Below are positions 25,201-40,200 of a DNA stretch of 64,000 nucleotides, one piece after another. Both the position numbers and the translations under genes were made by a program. The notes under the pieces were generated by a model. It made no database searches, was not told where the DNA came from, and saw nothing but the letters and a program-made list of their open reading frames with translations. This DNA is from Sphaerodactylus townsendi (taxonomy: Eukaryota): the NCBI RefSeq assembly GCF_021028975.2, contig NC_059427.1, forward strand, positions 125,426,001 to 125,490,000. Reading direction: 5' to 3'. Numbering within the stretch: the first letter of the stretch is position 1; every line of letters begins with the position of its first letter.

Positions 25201-28200
25201 AGCTACTAGCAGAGGTGTAGCTAGGGAAAATGGAACCTGGTGCAAAATATGAGTTTTGCTCCCCCACCCCAGTTTGTTTGTGGTTTTTGTATTCTTTAGT
25301 GTTTTTTCAGTTTTTGGGCTGCAGGGGGTGCAGTTTTTAGGCTAGCAGAATCAAAATTTCAGGGCATCTTTAGGAGACTCTCCTGATGATACCAGCCAGG
25401 TTTGGTGAAGTTTGGTTCAGGGGGTACAAAGTTATGGACCCTAAAAAGAGTAGCCCCATCTACTATTAGCTCCCATTGGAAACAATTTTGGTGCTGCTAG
25501 CTTAAAAACTGCATCCCCTGCAGGCCAAAAACTGAAAAACTAAAAAATACAAAAAACAAACCTGAAATTTTTGCACACACACACACACACACCCCCGGGC
25601 CTGTGCCCGGTGCAACGCGCACCCCCTGTCCCCCTTGTAGCTCTGCCTCTGCTACTACAGGTGTGGCTCTCAGTCCTTTGCAATCCTGCTTGGCAAATGC
25701 TTCTCTAATTAGGCACATGAGTTGAACTGAGCCAGGGCTGAAGAGCCAGATCGACCCACTGACCCTCCTTGAGGAGAGGCAAAGACAAAGAGCTTTTCAA
25801 CCCCAGTAACAGCACATTATGTTAATGTTCTTTCCATAGAAGTTTTATCTGATCGTTCCCATTTGCTTGATGACTTGCTCACAGATGAGGTACATGGCAC
25901 AGATGAAGTACATAGCAGGGTTGGCAGAGAACTGCATTACAGCCTTTGTTGCTATTCATGTTTGGGAGGAATGAACTCAAAAGCTCTTTGCTGATGTTTC
26001 AGCTGGGAAGGTAGAGTGGGATCACAGGGATTGTGCTGGTGGCTAGAGAAGACAGTCTTGTGGGTCAGACTGATCCCTTGATGACAAGACTTGCCTGTTC
26101 CCATTTACTGATAATGCAGCCATCTTAGGAAAAATACTGAGGGACATCCCTCCCCTCCCCCACATGTACATTCCACCCAAGGGGCACATGACATACTTGT
26201 GGACACAAACCAGAATGTCCTTGCACACAGTCATGAGATGCGGAGTCCATCTGTGCAAATTTCTACTCTTCTGGAGCCTTCTGCTAAGTACCTTCTCAAC
26301 ATTGTATGGGGAGGGGCCACAGTCAGTCAAAACTCATCCATTTGACTGTAAGATCTGAGCAGAACCTGTTTTTGCTAGACAGAAAGGTCTCTGCTGATGG
26401 GAGAGTCCTTCCTACTTGCTTTTGAAGGGGGCAGGGTTCAGTTTGCAGTTGAGTAAGGGAGTACTAGCCCATCCTTAATGAAACCTAAAGAATAAGATAC
26501 CATATACTGTGTTCTGTTGAATACTTCAGTTGAAATCAGATTGATAAAATGCTTTTCTAAAGTATAACACTTAAAGTATTGTGTAGGAATCTAACCCTTC
26601 TTTCGATCCAAACAACACTAATAAAATCTAATATTACCAGGCACCAGGCAAATAATTCACAAAACATGATGCAGCCTGCTCTCGCTAAAAGGAAGTCTAT
26701 AGAATTTTGTTACATTTCCAGCTTCCAAGTATCTTCCCAAGAAATCTCTCACAGAGAGCACAGTTATAGTCCAAGTGGGAGGTCAGGTTATCAGAACCTG
26801 GATGGTTCTGTATTTGAGAAAAAGGGACATGATCATTTGACCTAAAGCCCTTATCTTTAGCATAAACCTGGATCATCCTAAGCAAGAAGACAGGCTGCTT
26901 GCTGTACAGAACCTTTTGTTTGCAAAGGGTCTCATTTTGTTAGAGCAGATATCCATGACCTGTCACACTGGAGGCTATTTAACCAACACTGAACCAAAGA
27001 CAGAGGAAAAAGTCTCCTGTTCCAGTTACACAAAGCCACTTTTCTCATTCCTTCTTTTCTGTTATTCTGCGAGATAAGAATTTGGACCAGCCATTGTGAG
27101 ACGTATCCCAGAAACTTCTGCAGTTCTCACTGACCTTGATCTCTGAGGATGTCACTTTCCAGCTCAGCCAATGGTAACACAGCAGGCCTAAAATAACCAT
27201 TTTCAGAATTAAGTTCCTGCATGGAAAAAAAGAGAAAAAATTCCTGGAGAAAAAATGTGCTTCCCAGTCAGATTAACCAGTAACCCTGATCCCCCCCGCC
27301 CCCCCTCCACTACTGTGAAGATTGCCAGATGCAACCTCTTGTCTCCTGATGAGATTGCTTTTTGATCTCCTCTGGGTCTGATTTCTGAAAGATAGGAAGG
27401 CACAACAATGCTGCACTGGAATCAAATCTGCCTGCCATCTTGGAGTGTGTTTGTACCATTGCAAAGGAAGGACTGCCCCACACAGCAGAACCACATGCTG
27501 AGATCCAAGCCCCCTTGCCTGTTCACCTAATGACAGCAGTTGACACAATGCGTAACTATTATTATTATTATTTATTATATTTATAAACTGCCCTCCCCCG
27601 GAGGGCTCAGGAACTACACAGGACTCAGGAACTACACAGTTCCTTGCTCCTGGATACATCCCCAGGATTATCAAGCAAATGTGTATTGGGAGTTTTAAGG
27701 TAAAACTTCAGAATTCATTGTTGTGTTGTAGCCCAATTTCAATCAGGATCTCTGCATATGGTAAAAGGGAACTTAAGGCTTTCCTTCCCAACTCTGTAAA
27801 TGATTTTCCTGACCTGAAATGGTCCAGGGAACTGTCAACTTGCCCAATTACAAGGACATTTATCCAAAGGGGCAAACAACAGTTCCACAGAGCCATTTCA
27901 GCTTGAAAACAATGTGTGAGGGAAGAGGGTAATAAACCTCCCTTGTGCTGTATGCCATGGTCTCAATATTAACTGGAACAAAACTACTAACAATGGTTGA
28001 GCAACCAGCACCATTTTGATTGTTTCAAAGAGATTGGGAGCTCTTGTAACAGATCTTTAGTTCAATGAGAAGCTTATATGGTCCACTGTACACTGATGAA
28101 GGCTATCAAAACAGGATAGAACCGACAATGTGTCTGTGAATTGTTTGAATTACTTTGGATAAAACTGCTGAACAGTTTGAACAAAATAAAGAACTATGAC

Positions 28201-31200
28201 TGCGCTGTTCCTTAAGTATCTAATGACAAAACCTCAGCAGAGAAAGACTCATTTCTACAGTGCTTTTGCAAGTCAGCGATTTGTTGCCTTTATAACATAG
28301 GATTCCTTGTTTCTTGTTTTGCTCATATAATATTTATGTATCAATGCCCAATCTTAATTGGCCACTGCCTGTCTGGAACTCACTGTGCACGTCTTCTTGA
28401 TATTCCCTGGGACAGACTAGGAGTGATGTATCATGCAGTCAGGCCCTACAAAATGTCCAGAAAAGGCAGCAGAAGCAGCATGTCGGTTATCATCTGACTC
28501 CCTTGATTTAAGCTTCCAGACTCTGGATTACCTGCAGATGGCTATGTATACTTCAAGGACTGGAGACTCTTGCTTCTCCCAGACAGCCAAGAGGTTGTAC
28601 ATGTACGGCATGAGCAAGTTAATCAGACAGACCAGCAGAGGCAGGCCCAGAAGCTCGGCTTCATTCCCGGTCTGGCTGCTTGTGAGCCTCTTAAGGTGAA
28701 CCTAAGGAGGAGACACTTAACGTATTACCTGTTCCACAAGGTGCAGCGCTAGGCATTCCCAATGCCTTCCCACATTTAACTCAAACTAAGCTAGGACAGG
28801 ATTTTGGCCCCAGTAGGCTTCTTGCATTACTGAAGAGTCACTCAAATTGCAACAAGAGTCATGCCTCAAAACAGCCTCAGGAGAGGAGAAATTAGTCTCT
28901 GTCTCAGTCTATTTATTACACTAACAACATGCAACACAAATGGTTATTTTAATTTACTAAACTCTTAATGTGCTTTGCTGTACTCACATAGACCAGGGGT
29001 AGGGAACCTGCAACTCTCCAGATGTTCAGGAACTACAATTCCCATCAGCCCCTACCAGCATGGCCAATTGGCCATGCTGACAGAGGCTGATGGGAATTGT
29101 AGTTCCTGAACATCTGGAGAGCCGCAGGTTCCCTACCCCTGACATAGACCAACAGAGAAATGAAAACGAGGAAGGAGCCCAGGTGAGGACATCAAGGATG
29201 AATGCATGGCTCGGCTTCATAAATGTTTGCCCCTGAGACTGGTCCCAGAGGGAGCTTGTCACCACTGCAGTTTAAATACTAGCTGGGCCATCCTAAGAAA
29301 AGTTAGACCCTTCTAAATCTGTTGATGTCCACTGGCATAGGAGGGCATAACTGAATTTGGGAAGGTGCTGTAGGCCATCCATATGGAAGCCATCAAAAAT
29401 ATTTCCAGGATGATGCTATCAGGTTACAGTCAAACATCTGCTTAACAAATGCAGGGGCTTCATTGCGCACAGACCTTCTAGCTTAGCATCTGCCAAGAAT
29501 GTGCCATGCTTTTCAGCATGTGTATGTATAAACATGATGCTCAAATAGATGCTAATGTTGTTCCTGGAGAACACACTGGAAAAGAACTTTTTGATATCCT
29601 CACATGATTGTACTGTGTAAGATCCTCCATCAAGGCTGGGTGGGGGAAGAGTGAGAGAGAATCTGATCATGTATTATGGAAACAGCAAAGTCATTCCTAT
29701 CCAGATAACTCCTACAGGAATTCTTTACAATTTTTCCTGGGATCAGGCACCGTATCTTGAGAGCACAGTGAAGGGCTTCCCGTGAAGGATTCCCCTTCAT
29801 ACTTCCAGGAAATCAGAGATAATAACCAGAGACCAAATCCCATTGCAGCTGAATGCATAATACATTTTGGAATTGGAGATCTTACAGGTCACTTACGTGG
29901 TGTATGTATTCAGAGAAATAGTAGACAGCAACGACACAACCCAGAACTGTGCCTAGGGATATCGTCCAGGCGAGCAGCAGGACTACCAGCCTCTGCAGCC
30001 TCTTACACAGGTTTAATGGGTGTGACCTGGACTGCCGCTCAGCCAGACACTCCTGTAAAAGGAAAGCCAATCAGAAAAGTCCATGAGCACAGGCCTGAAT
30101 CATATCTTCCAAAGTAAGTGGCCATTAAAGAAAGCACAGCATTCTAAAAAAATGCACCCATCCATAAAGGACCAGCAGCAATTCTATTGATGGAGACAAC
30201 CTGGGTCCAGGGGAGTGAGCTATAGGCGTAAGGTCCAGGGGAGGTCCAGGGGAGTGAGCTATAGGCGTACTTAGAACAGGAATTGAGGAAAAAACAGTTA
30301 CAAGAAAAGATGGAGGCATAAGAGAGATATAGTCTTCAAGAAATAACATCTCATTCCAGTGGAACACCTGTGCTAAATCTGCTATGGCCAAAACAACTTA
30401 GTCTTGTGACACTTCACAGACACCAGGGTTGGATTTTGTGTGGAAGTCCAAGAACCTGTTTCAGAAGGCCTCCCCAAGTGGTGGCACAGAAAATGGTAAT
30501 TCATTCCCTTTGTGTAATAGTGCGGTGGGAGGTTGATGCTAGATGTAGGACCATTCTGGAGTAGTTATTACTTGAACCATGAGTAAGGTTGCTCAGGAAT
30601 GATAAAAGCGGCTATCTTTCCCATTATTTCAGTGCAGGTACATATGGAATGATTGATTATCCTTTATGACTAATGAGTGTGAAACTAGAGGTCCATGTTT
30701 ATGTCACCTGTAAGGCCCTGTTGTAATCACAGCCAAGGATTATGAGTGGGAACTCTTTTTAATTCAGGGTGGGTTTTGTATGGGGTGGAGATTCCAATGC
30801 ATTTTATCAATTGTGACAGGAAATAATAGTGGTGCAGGGGGCGGGGACTTGCAGGAGGTCTTTCTCTGTGATTGCCCCCAGGTTCTGGAGCAGTCTCCCC
30901 TTGGAGATTTGCCATAGGTCTACCCTTTAGGCACATGGTGAAGACCTTCCCCTTTGCCCAGGCATTTGTCTGCCACCCCTGAAAACCCCTCCTACAGCTG
31001 CTGATCTGGGTGGTGAGGAAGTGTGGATTGGGGTTAATTTTGTATGTTGATGTTATTGTTTTGTTTTAATTGTCATAGTTTTAATGTTTTTATTGTGATG
31101 TTTTTATTGTTTTCAACCTGTGTAAGCCGTCTAGAGACTTCGCTATAAGGGTACAAATATTTATAAATAAATAAACACTGACCACAAAAATGTGACCTTT

Positions 31201-34200
31201 TAAATAAGGTAGGGATGGCAGTTATGACAGATTCATTAATCATGGGTAAAAACGTTTCTTCCCACAAAGGGTGACGTAAAAGCAAAGAAAAATATGTTTC
31301 CAATTGTGACATTTGGCCTTTTAAATTTGTTCTTCTACACTGCTTGCCTATGCTATGAGAAAAACCTTGTCTGTACATGCACGTGTGCACCCTTAGTTTA
31401 GTTGATTAGACTTATACCCTGACCTCCCTGGGATACAAGTCTAATCAACTAAACTAAGTGTGTTCATGCGCCCATGTGCACATACACACAATGTTTGTCT
31501 TACCTAGGTTGACAAAATATCTTGAGCCAGTCTGGTTAAAACCCTTTCTCTAACACTAATGGCAGCTTACATTCTTTCCACCTGTCCCATTCTCCTCACC
31601 CATAACCACTTCCTGCAAACATACAATAATTAACATTTACTGAGCAGCCCATAACAGTGATGTCATAGAATGTTCACAGCATTCTAAGAAGGGTGGGCTG
31701 TAACGAACTTGCCCCACCCTGAAGGGCTGGCGTACAGCAGGCCAAAGGGAGAAGGCCTTAGCAACAGCCAGAAAAAGAGAAAAAGGCTCCACAAGTAGAG
31801 AACCGACCTGATTGGTTGAGAAGGGTCCAGTAACGTTTGGAAAAAGCTAGGGGGAGCCAGTATGCTTACAGCACGGAGAGTGAAGGCAGTGCTGATCGGA
31901 GTCTGTCAGAGAGCAGAGCAGAGTTGGGCAGTCTGTCAGCTCTGACAAGAGAAGGATTCTGACTCAAGCTGAGGAAGCTTGAGGGAGTGTGTGGAAGGCC
32001 CTGAGTCTTGGTGGAGTGTGAACCGCCGCTCAGGTGCCTGGCAGCTAGCCTGCCCAGACATAGTCTGTCCGTCCCCTGTTCTAAACCCAGTCACCAGAAG
32101 TCCAGTCCGAAAGGGGGCATTTTAGGCCTGAGTAGGGGACTGATAGAATTGGTGCAGGGTGGCTAGTGTGTGCCAGTCCTACCAGACTTAGACTTGAGGT
32201 ATATGAACAAGAAAGGGGTGTGTGGAACAGAGACCATCTAGTGTCTGTGAGGTAACATCTCAAGAAATAAGTTTTTCCTTCTAGGCAACCGCTAAGCTTA
32301 AGACAAACTTATTCTGTAACCGACAAGCTTTTGAAACCTCTCAAATCACCTGAGAAGCCTCTCTGTCAAGCCATAAATAAACATTTTCAGTTTTGTTCAT
32401 TTAAAATCTGTTCCAGTGTTTCTTTCTGTCAGTGTCTGTGTTCCCCAGTCAGGGTGGTGTCCCCCTTTAGGTTACATTGGTGGCAGCGCAGTATAATAAG
32501 CGCCTTTACGTTACATGGACCATCTTTGAATGTTGAAAAATCAGAGGTGCCTGACATTATGGGAATAACCCTACATTTTATGAAAGAAATAAGCTTGTCT
32601 TGTTCTGAGTTTTCAGTAAAACATAAAACTCCATTACATGAAATATCACACCTTGACTATCTATCACAGTAACCTACAAACTTGATGGGGGATCAAGATA
32701 GCCACAGTGTGAAATGTTGCATCTTGGCCATCAATTACAGTAACCTATAAACTTGATAGGAGATCAATGAAGAATTTAGCTAGTGCAATACCTCCCTCTT
32801 CCTCTTTGCACCTCCACACTATGTTTTGCTTACCACAATATTGTTGTGCCATGTGGAAAATACCATATGATCTTAAGGAACAAGTTTGTTAGTCGAAGGC
32901 TCCTATGTCAGGAATTTTGAATTGCCACCTAACTTTCTGATTGGTTCAGAAAGAGTACACCCTCCCACTGAGAACCCTGGAAAATATGTATCACAAAGAA
33001 GCAGGTTTTCCAGTGCAGTCCTAAAGAACACTTTCCTAGGAGTCAGCCCAACTGAACGGACTTCAGAAGGATTCTGAATAGACCTGTTAGTTGCCATAGG
33101 GAACATTGCTCCTTTTTCCATGGTGATGAGATGTGAGGAAGACTGTAATTAACTTGGGTAGAAACTACCGGTATGTTCCTTTTGTTTTTTATGTATTCTG
33201 TAGTTCACCTTTATCAATTTTCCCCGTTATCTGTTTTGTGTGTAAAAATAAACCTGTAGTTTGGCTTTGAGAGACTTGATGGATTATCTTCCTCAAGCAC
33301 AGCTGTTTTAATCATATTTTGCCATTATTACCTGATGTCAGGGTCGCGACCCTCATAAGTTTCTGTTTCGTGTTAAGTTCCTGTTTCTCCAGTTATCCCC
33401 GTTCCCGCCACTAGGAAGGACTGCCCACTCCTACCTGTATATATACTGGAACTGAGGGCAAGAACCCTCAGTTCCAGCACCCTGTACCTTAGGGTAACAC
33501 AAATCAATAAAGTTCGTTCCTTTGTTTTAAAGCCGACTTTGTCTGAGTGTGTCCAGCCTTACACCTGAGGTGGGGACAGATCCTGCCCATTAATCACACA
33601 AGCACACGGCCTTCCATCCAGGGGTAAAGTACTATCTGATCTGAAACAGACTGCCTAATAAACCCTGAGAATTCCCCCTATTGAGTTGCCATATCACTTC
33701 CTTTTTCCTTGCCAAAGTTGCCAGTCGATTAAGAGATTACATATCTGTTGCTTAGATATGTAAGTCTTTATCTTAGATGCTAGTTGTAACCGTTACAGAA
33801 AGAAACTAGATTAATTGCTTTTGTGATTGGCCTTTTTATCTTGCTGTATCAGATGATCTCATATGCATGTTGATTGGCTAGTTGCACTTATGTTGCTTAT
33901 CTCTTATTTAATGGTAATCAATCAGGTATTTAACCATATGACTGTGATAAATCAAATTTAGAGAAAGATAAAATGGATGTCTTTTTTAATAAATAAACAT
34001 TCCTGTGAAAAGTAAATAAGATTTCTCTAGCTGGAAGTCTCAGAACAGTAAGAGGCAAGATCTCTTGGTGAGATTCTGGCTACCTTGGGCTTGTTCAATA
34101 ATCTCTGAAAATGGTGTGAAAGAAGATGAAACCTGATTTGTTTTAAAACTATCATTAGCTATAATATGATTTAGCAATGCTAGGAACACTGGTAATTGTA

Positions 34201-37200
34201 GCATTCATTTCAACAGTACTTTGGGGTTAATTATTGTTTGCTTTTTTCCTGTCTTGCTCAGTAAAATAAATCCTGTTCAATAAAATTGAAATCCTGTTCA
34301 GTTGTCTTGTCTGGCTTACTAATCGTCCAAGAGAAAAAGGATGGACTCGTTCCCAAAAATATTTTTGTATTATTAGAGTAAGAGACAGAAAAGTTTCTCT
34401 AACATGATAAACCATGGGGAGCTCTGAGTCTAATTAGTTTTTACACAGACAAAGCCTTGAAAAATGTCCAGTGCAGAGTCTCCATTAGGGTGTAGGGGGT
34501 AATCTGATGCTACACCCCAGATAATGGTAGGGAACTCAGCAAAGGTGTATCTCTGGAGCCCAAAAAATGCTGGGAATATGCAGAGCCCATTGCTGTGGTC
34601 AGAGAAATACAGATATCAGAGATCATCACACAGAGAGTTCAAAGAAATGTTTTCAATTAAAATCTACACTGTAGATGAGGTTATCCACACAAACAGCAGA
34701 TCACAGCTGACACGGGTTAAAACTTTTGGTTGGTTAGGAGTAGCATCAGCATTGCAGCATAATGGGCAGAACAGTTTCTTGTCAATGCAAGTTCACATTA
34801 GTGAAATGTGCTGCACTTGAGCAGGAGTTGCAGATGCCTGACCCAACTTTTCCCAAAGAGGCCCCTGGAAGTTTCCCTTCTACAGCATGAATTCCCCTGC
34901 TCAGTATTTACCTTCAGCTGAGTGCAGATGTTTTCACTCTGAAGTCGAACAGAACAAGCCTGGATCACTTTATAGTCCCAGGCGCAGAAGACTTTAACTG
35001 CCAGGTCCCCAGAGACACTGCCTACACGATAGCTTTCCCCAAAAGAACGAGACATGCTGCAAAGAGAAGATACAATGATTATGATTTTTTTTTTGCACCT
35101 GTAGGCCAGAAGATAGCCTTATTTTTACGGCACAGACTGAAATCAAGGTATAATGCAGAAATTATAAGGTACTCAGATAATTTCTAACTGCAGTACAGAG
35201 TGAAGGGCAATATGAGATGGCTGGCTGTTGTGGGTTTTCCAGGCTGCGTGGCTGTGGTCTAGTAGTTTTTGCTCCTAACGTTTTGCCCACATCTATGGCT
35301 GGCATCTTCAGAGGCAAAATGTTAGGAGCAAAACTACCAGACCACAACCACACCACCCAGAAAACCCACAACAGTCAATTGATTCTGGCTGTGAAAGCCT
35401 TCAGTACGAGATGAAGTCTTCTACCTGCAAAGATACAGAATGCTGTAGGAAAAGACAGAGGGTGATAAGTGCCTTGAGACCATGCAAAACAAGTCGGGGA
35501 TGCATCTCACCTGTACACTAGAAGAATGCATGTCACAATGAAGGAGGCCCCAACAACAAACACATAAGCCAATGGCATATTGTATGGCAGACGGACATCT
35601 CTGGATTGCTGGCAGTGTGTGATGTGATAGCCAGAAGCACAAGGATCATTGAGAGTGAAATTGCTATAGTAGCCATAATACATCAGTGTGTGAGTGAAGT
35701 AGCCCTGAAAAGAGGAGAGAGACATTAACAGCTGCAGCTGTGGGATCTGCTACTCTTCAGAGATGGTACCTGCATGTGGTTTCATGGGGCTTTTCACACA
35801 TGCATGCGTGCTACAATTAATGCAAGCTAATTTTGATAGATAAAATAGACAGAATTTTTTAACCACCTCCTATCTAAAAAACACTGCTTTTCTGCACTCA
35901 CACACATTCGGGTGCCAGTCACTAAAAAATAAGAGATGAACCATCTATATCTCTTATCACAATAATAAAATTGTATATAAATTGCCAATTGTCAGTTTCA
36001 TAGACTGAAGCAGGGGCTCCCTAAGCCTTATCCTACACGGGCTTTAGCTTTTCCCTGTTCCTTCCCCAATATACAGGTTTTATCTGGATTTTTAAAAAAA
36101 ACCACTCAATTGTACCTGGGGTACAGTGGGGGTGGGTGGGTCTTATTAGCTGTAAATTGAGGGCCAATAGGTGTGATGATGTCGCTTCCAGAACTCACAC
36201 CATCACATTGCTGATGTGGGAGGTGCTCCATTATTTGGGCAAAACAACTTCTACCATAGAAAAGGAAAAACAGCTTCTACCATAGAGTTTTGCCCCAAAT
36301 AACAGAGTGTCTCCTATGTTGGTGTTGATGTGACAACATCACTTCCAAAAGTGACATCATTGTGCTAATAGAGCTGAGGCCCAGACCTCTGGTGGATGTC
36401 TGAACAGCTTGTAAGACCTCTGCTGGATGTCTGAACAGTGCTGGGGGAGGGGGTCTGAAGCACGGGTTCCCCTGCCCCTGGTGGGGGCTTGGCAACCCCA
36501 GTACCTGGATACCCTGATGCACTATATATCATCCAATACATGCCTTTGTCAAAGGTGTGCTAATTTATCCTAAAGATGGATGAAAATCAGATTCACAAAA
36601 CCCTATAACAGATATGCCACTCAGCCAGGTCGTAGAAAGGGGGAGAGAGGAGAATATGATTGATACCTCTTATCATTAGCAAGAGCCTGATTTCATCTGA
36701 TGAATACTCACCGCTCCAGTGAGGAGCTCAAGCCCTGTGAAGGATTCGCTGTTAGGTATGGCAGAAGGGTAAGCAGCCTGCATAGCGACCACAAAAACCA
36801 TCAGGATGAGGAACAAGAAAAGATTGAACGTAATCAAGGTCTTGAGGAACAGGAAATAGGAGAGAATGCTGGATCCAAAGCGACCACTGATCTGCTTAAG
36901 GGAATAATGCCAAGGCTGGAGCATATGAAAGAAGGAAAGCCAACTGTACCACAGATTTCGGAACCCCTGTGGGGAAAACAAGGAAATTCTCTTTAGCTGA
37001 GCAAATTCTAGCCAGAAGCACCAGAGCTAAACTCCTTTGATTTTTAAAAAATGGAATCAGGGGTTCAAGTGCTCCTACATGAAAAAGAAAGCTGCCAGTT
37101 TGTCCTTGGCAACCATTTGCCATCATGCCTATGCAAGATGAAGAAGAGGACAGGCAGCTTCTCTTCCAGATGGTTAAACACTCTGGTCCCATCTTTCTTT

Positions 37201-40200
37201 TGTGTCGTAACCAAGGAATCATTTCCATTTGGGCAGCTCCAAAAAAGTGTTACAGAAGTGACAACTTTTGCCCAAACTTTGGAGCACTATGAAGCTACTG
37301 TATCCAGAGTCACCATCCCGCCAAGAGACTTCTGTCACTGTCGCAACTGACAAAACATACTTGCTTATTTACTCAGTGTAATAACATGGCAAGATCTTCC
37401 TAAAAAGTTAGAACAACTTTCCTGCCCTGTTGGAATCAACAGAATCTTTAAAGTTAGCAAAAAACATGACACAGTAGGCTAAAGCCTTCTAGCAGTTCTT
37501 CCTTCAGCTCTCAAAATAATTGGACATTCCTATACTCTGTCCCATCAAAAGATAAAAATGTGGGTCTGTGTTCTTCCTTGGAAGTGAAAGTAGTGTGCTT
37601 CCACTGTAGAAAAAAAAAGTCCTGATGTTAAAATGGCCACCATGGATAAAACCACATGTATCTCTTGAATCCCTTGGGTTATCACAGTGGTTTTAACTGC
37701 ATTATGCTCAATGGCCGCTGAGAATTCTCCATTATTCAGCTTTTTGAAATTTGAACCCCCTGATTTTTCCAAGGTGGCCACCACAAGTAAAGACACCTGT
37801 ATCTCTGGAATCCCTTGGTTTTAACTGCATTCTGCTTTACTTAGGGATTCTTCTCCACTTATCGGTTTTGCAAAACCCAAACCTTCCAATTTTGTTATTT
37901 TCACCTGGTCCCCTAAGATGGCTACCACCTCCTTTCAGTACAAAGAAAGTCCAGGAAGTGGCTGTGGATTAATTCAATAATGAGTTTCTTTCCTTCTGTG
38001 TGACAAGGTAAAGAAGGAACTTAATGGATATTTTCTCCAACTTCCTATAGGAGGACACATTTTCCCACAATAGTCAGTGACCTCAGAGGGTGGGGGTGGG
38101 GGCGGGGGGGGGGCAGGCTCCTAACAAGGAAGATACATATATTTTTAAAGATTATTTTGCAGGGTGTTTTACAGCTAGGGTGTGAAAAAACGAATGATTT
38201 CATCTGTACAAATGGAATTAGCTTCCGTGATGAAGTGGGGATCAGAATACCTTTAACAGAAATGAGGTTATGCCAACATTTTGGCAACATCGTGCATTAG
38301 GCTTACTCACAAATTCTCCTCTTTGTCCATGAACAAGAGGTGGTACAGAAAATCCTCTCTTAAACTACACAGAATAGGGTGAGGTTCAGTACTCACTATG
38401 ATGATGTAGTATTTAAGCCGGCTGCAATGTGACAAAGGAGCTGTTGTCTTAGGTTTCCTCAAGGTACCCGAGTGTCCACTTGAATCCTGCCTTAAAAGCC
38501 AAAGACAGACAGGAGTGCTTAAAATCTGTGCTTCTGGATGGAATCAGGTTCTTTGCATGGTTTTCAGGCACAGAACCATCAGCATCTAATTTTGCATTCC
38601 CTGATCAAGAACAGCCTATGAGCAGAAAAGGCAAAGTACACTTGCCTAAAGTCCTCACCTGAGGCCACGCTTCTCTGCCAGACTCAGCGGCATAGTTTGT
38701 AACATACTAACACGCTGACTTGCTGGCAAACTCTGGAGTTCTTTCACCAGTAGGCTGCGCTTGGCTAGGGAAGAAAGAACAGTGACAGTTAAAAAAATAA
38801 TGAAGTACAACAGTATGTTCAATGAAGGACTTGGATATTTTGGCACCAAAAGAGGTGCGTGGGGGGGGGGGGGATCTCAAATGGTTGGCCATCTTGCTCC
38901 CCCTGGATTCTGGAATGCAGCTCAGTTGTAAAAAACACCACACAGACGTAGAGGTTGAAAGCAAGAAAATGACAACACCATTTTGAGGCTGGTCTTATGC
39001 AACTCTTTGTCCAAAGAGAACACTTGAAGCCACTTTATACTGAATCAGACTATTGGCCCATCAAAGATAGTCTACTGTGACTGGCACTGGCTCTCCAGGG
39101 TTTCAGGCAGACATCTGAAGGGTGAGACAAATCCATAACCTGATACGGCAGTGTTGCAGGACCGGGGTGATTTGTAATATCATTGACCTGGAAATATAAA
39201 TTGCCTCATCTATGCTAGTAAGAGAGCTCAGTTTGTATAATGTTCCATCAATATCTGGAGAGAGGGGTTGAGCATGAAAACATATGAAAAATGAGGCCAC
39301 ATGAACAACAATTATTTCCCTATAAGTTTGATCCACCAGCGATCCATCTCTTCGCTGTAGCAAGGGCCAAGTGTGAAACATCTTCCGAACTCTTTCAACA
39401 GACTTACTAGCCATTTCTTCATGACTGGAATCCAGGCCTATCTCAAGCTGCCGGAGGCTAGGCCGTGCAGAGTGGGACACTTCCTGCAATGGGGGACGGG
39501 TACTTCTACGACGCAGTCTGGCAGTGCGATTATAATACTGGGAAAGGATGGCTCCTCTACTGCGACCTGAAAGCAGACAGCAGGACACAATAGGGGTTCG
39601 GGGGAAGGGGCAGAGTAAAGGTTTTAATCTCTGAATTTCAGCTTTCAACCCCCACTCTCAGAGAACAACTAGACTGGGATCAGGGCCACAAAACAGGAAT
39701 GCTCATTCACCTCACCGATTGTACGGCTGGGCATGCTGGCTAGGATGCGCAGCGTAGCAGAGGAGAAGCCAGGATGTTCCTCAGTCTGTTCTGATGCTTC
39801 CAAAGCCTCAGTCTGGCGGGCAGAAGAAGCTGTATAGGCCACATTCTCTGGAATGGGAAAACAGAATATTTTTGTCTTAAAGTCATGGCAGTGAACAGCC
39901 AATCTCCTGTTACCGGTAGCTGCCCTGTCAGAGCTGGGATCCCCCATTCCTACTGTTTATCTCCAATTTCCTATCAAATTTAGCATTCATCAGCAGTTCT
40001 CAGACTTTTTGAGCTCAGCCATCTCCTCCAAACTTATTCTGCCATTAACTGCTTTGTTCACAGCAATGGAAATCTTAGCATGCAATCATGTACAATCACT
40101 GCTTTGGGCAAATACCTGAAGATTGAGGTGTTTAGATCAAGACAGCTTTGACCCTTTATAAAAACACATACCAAGAAGCACTATTAAGACAAGACAGCAA

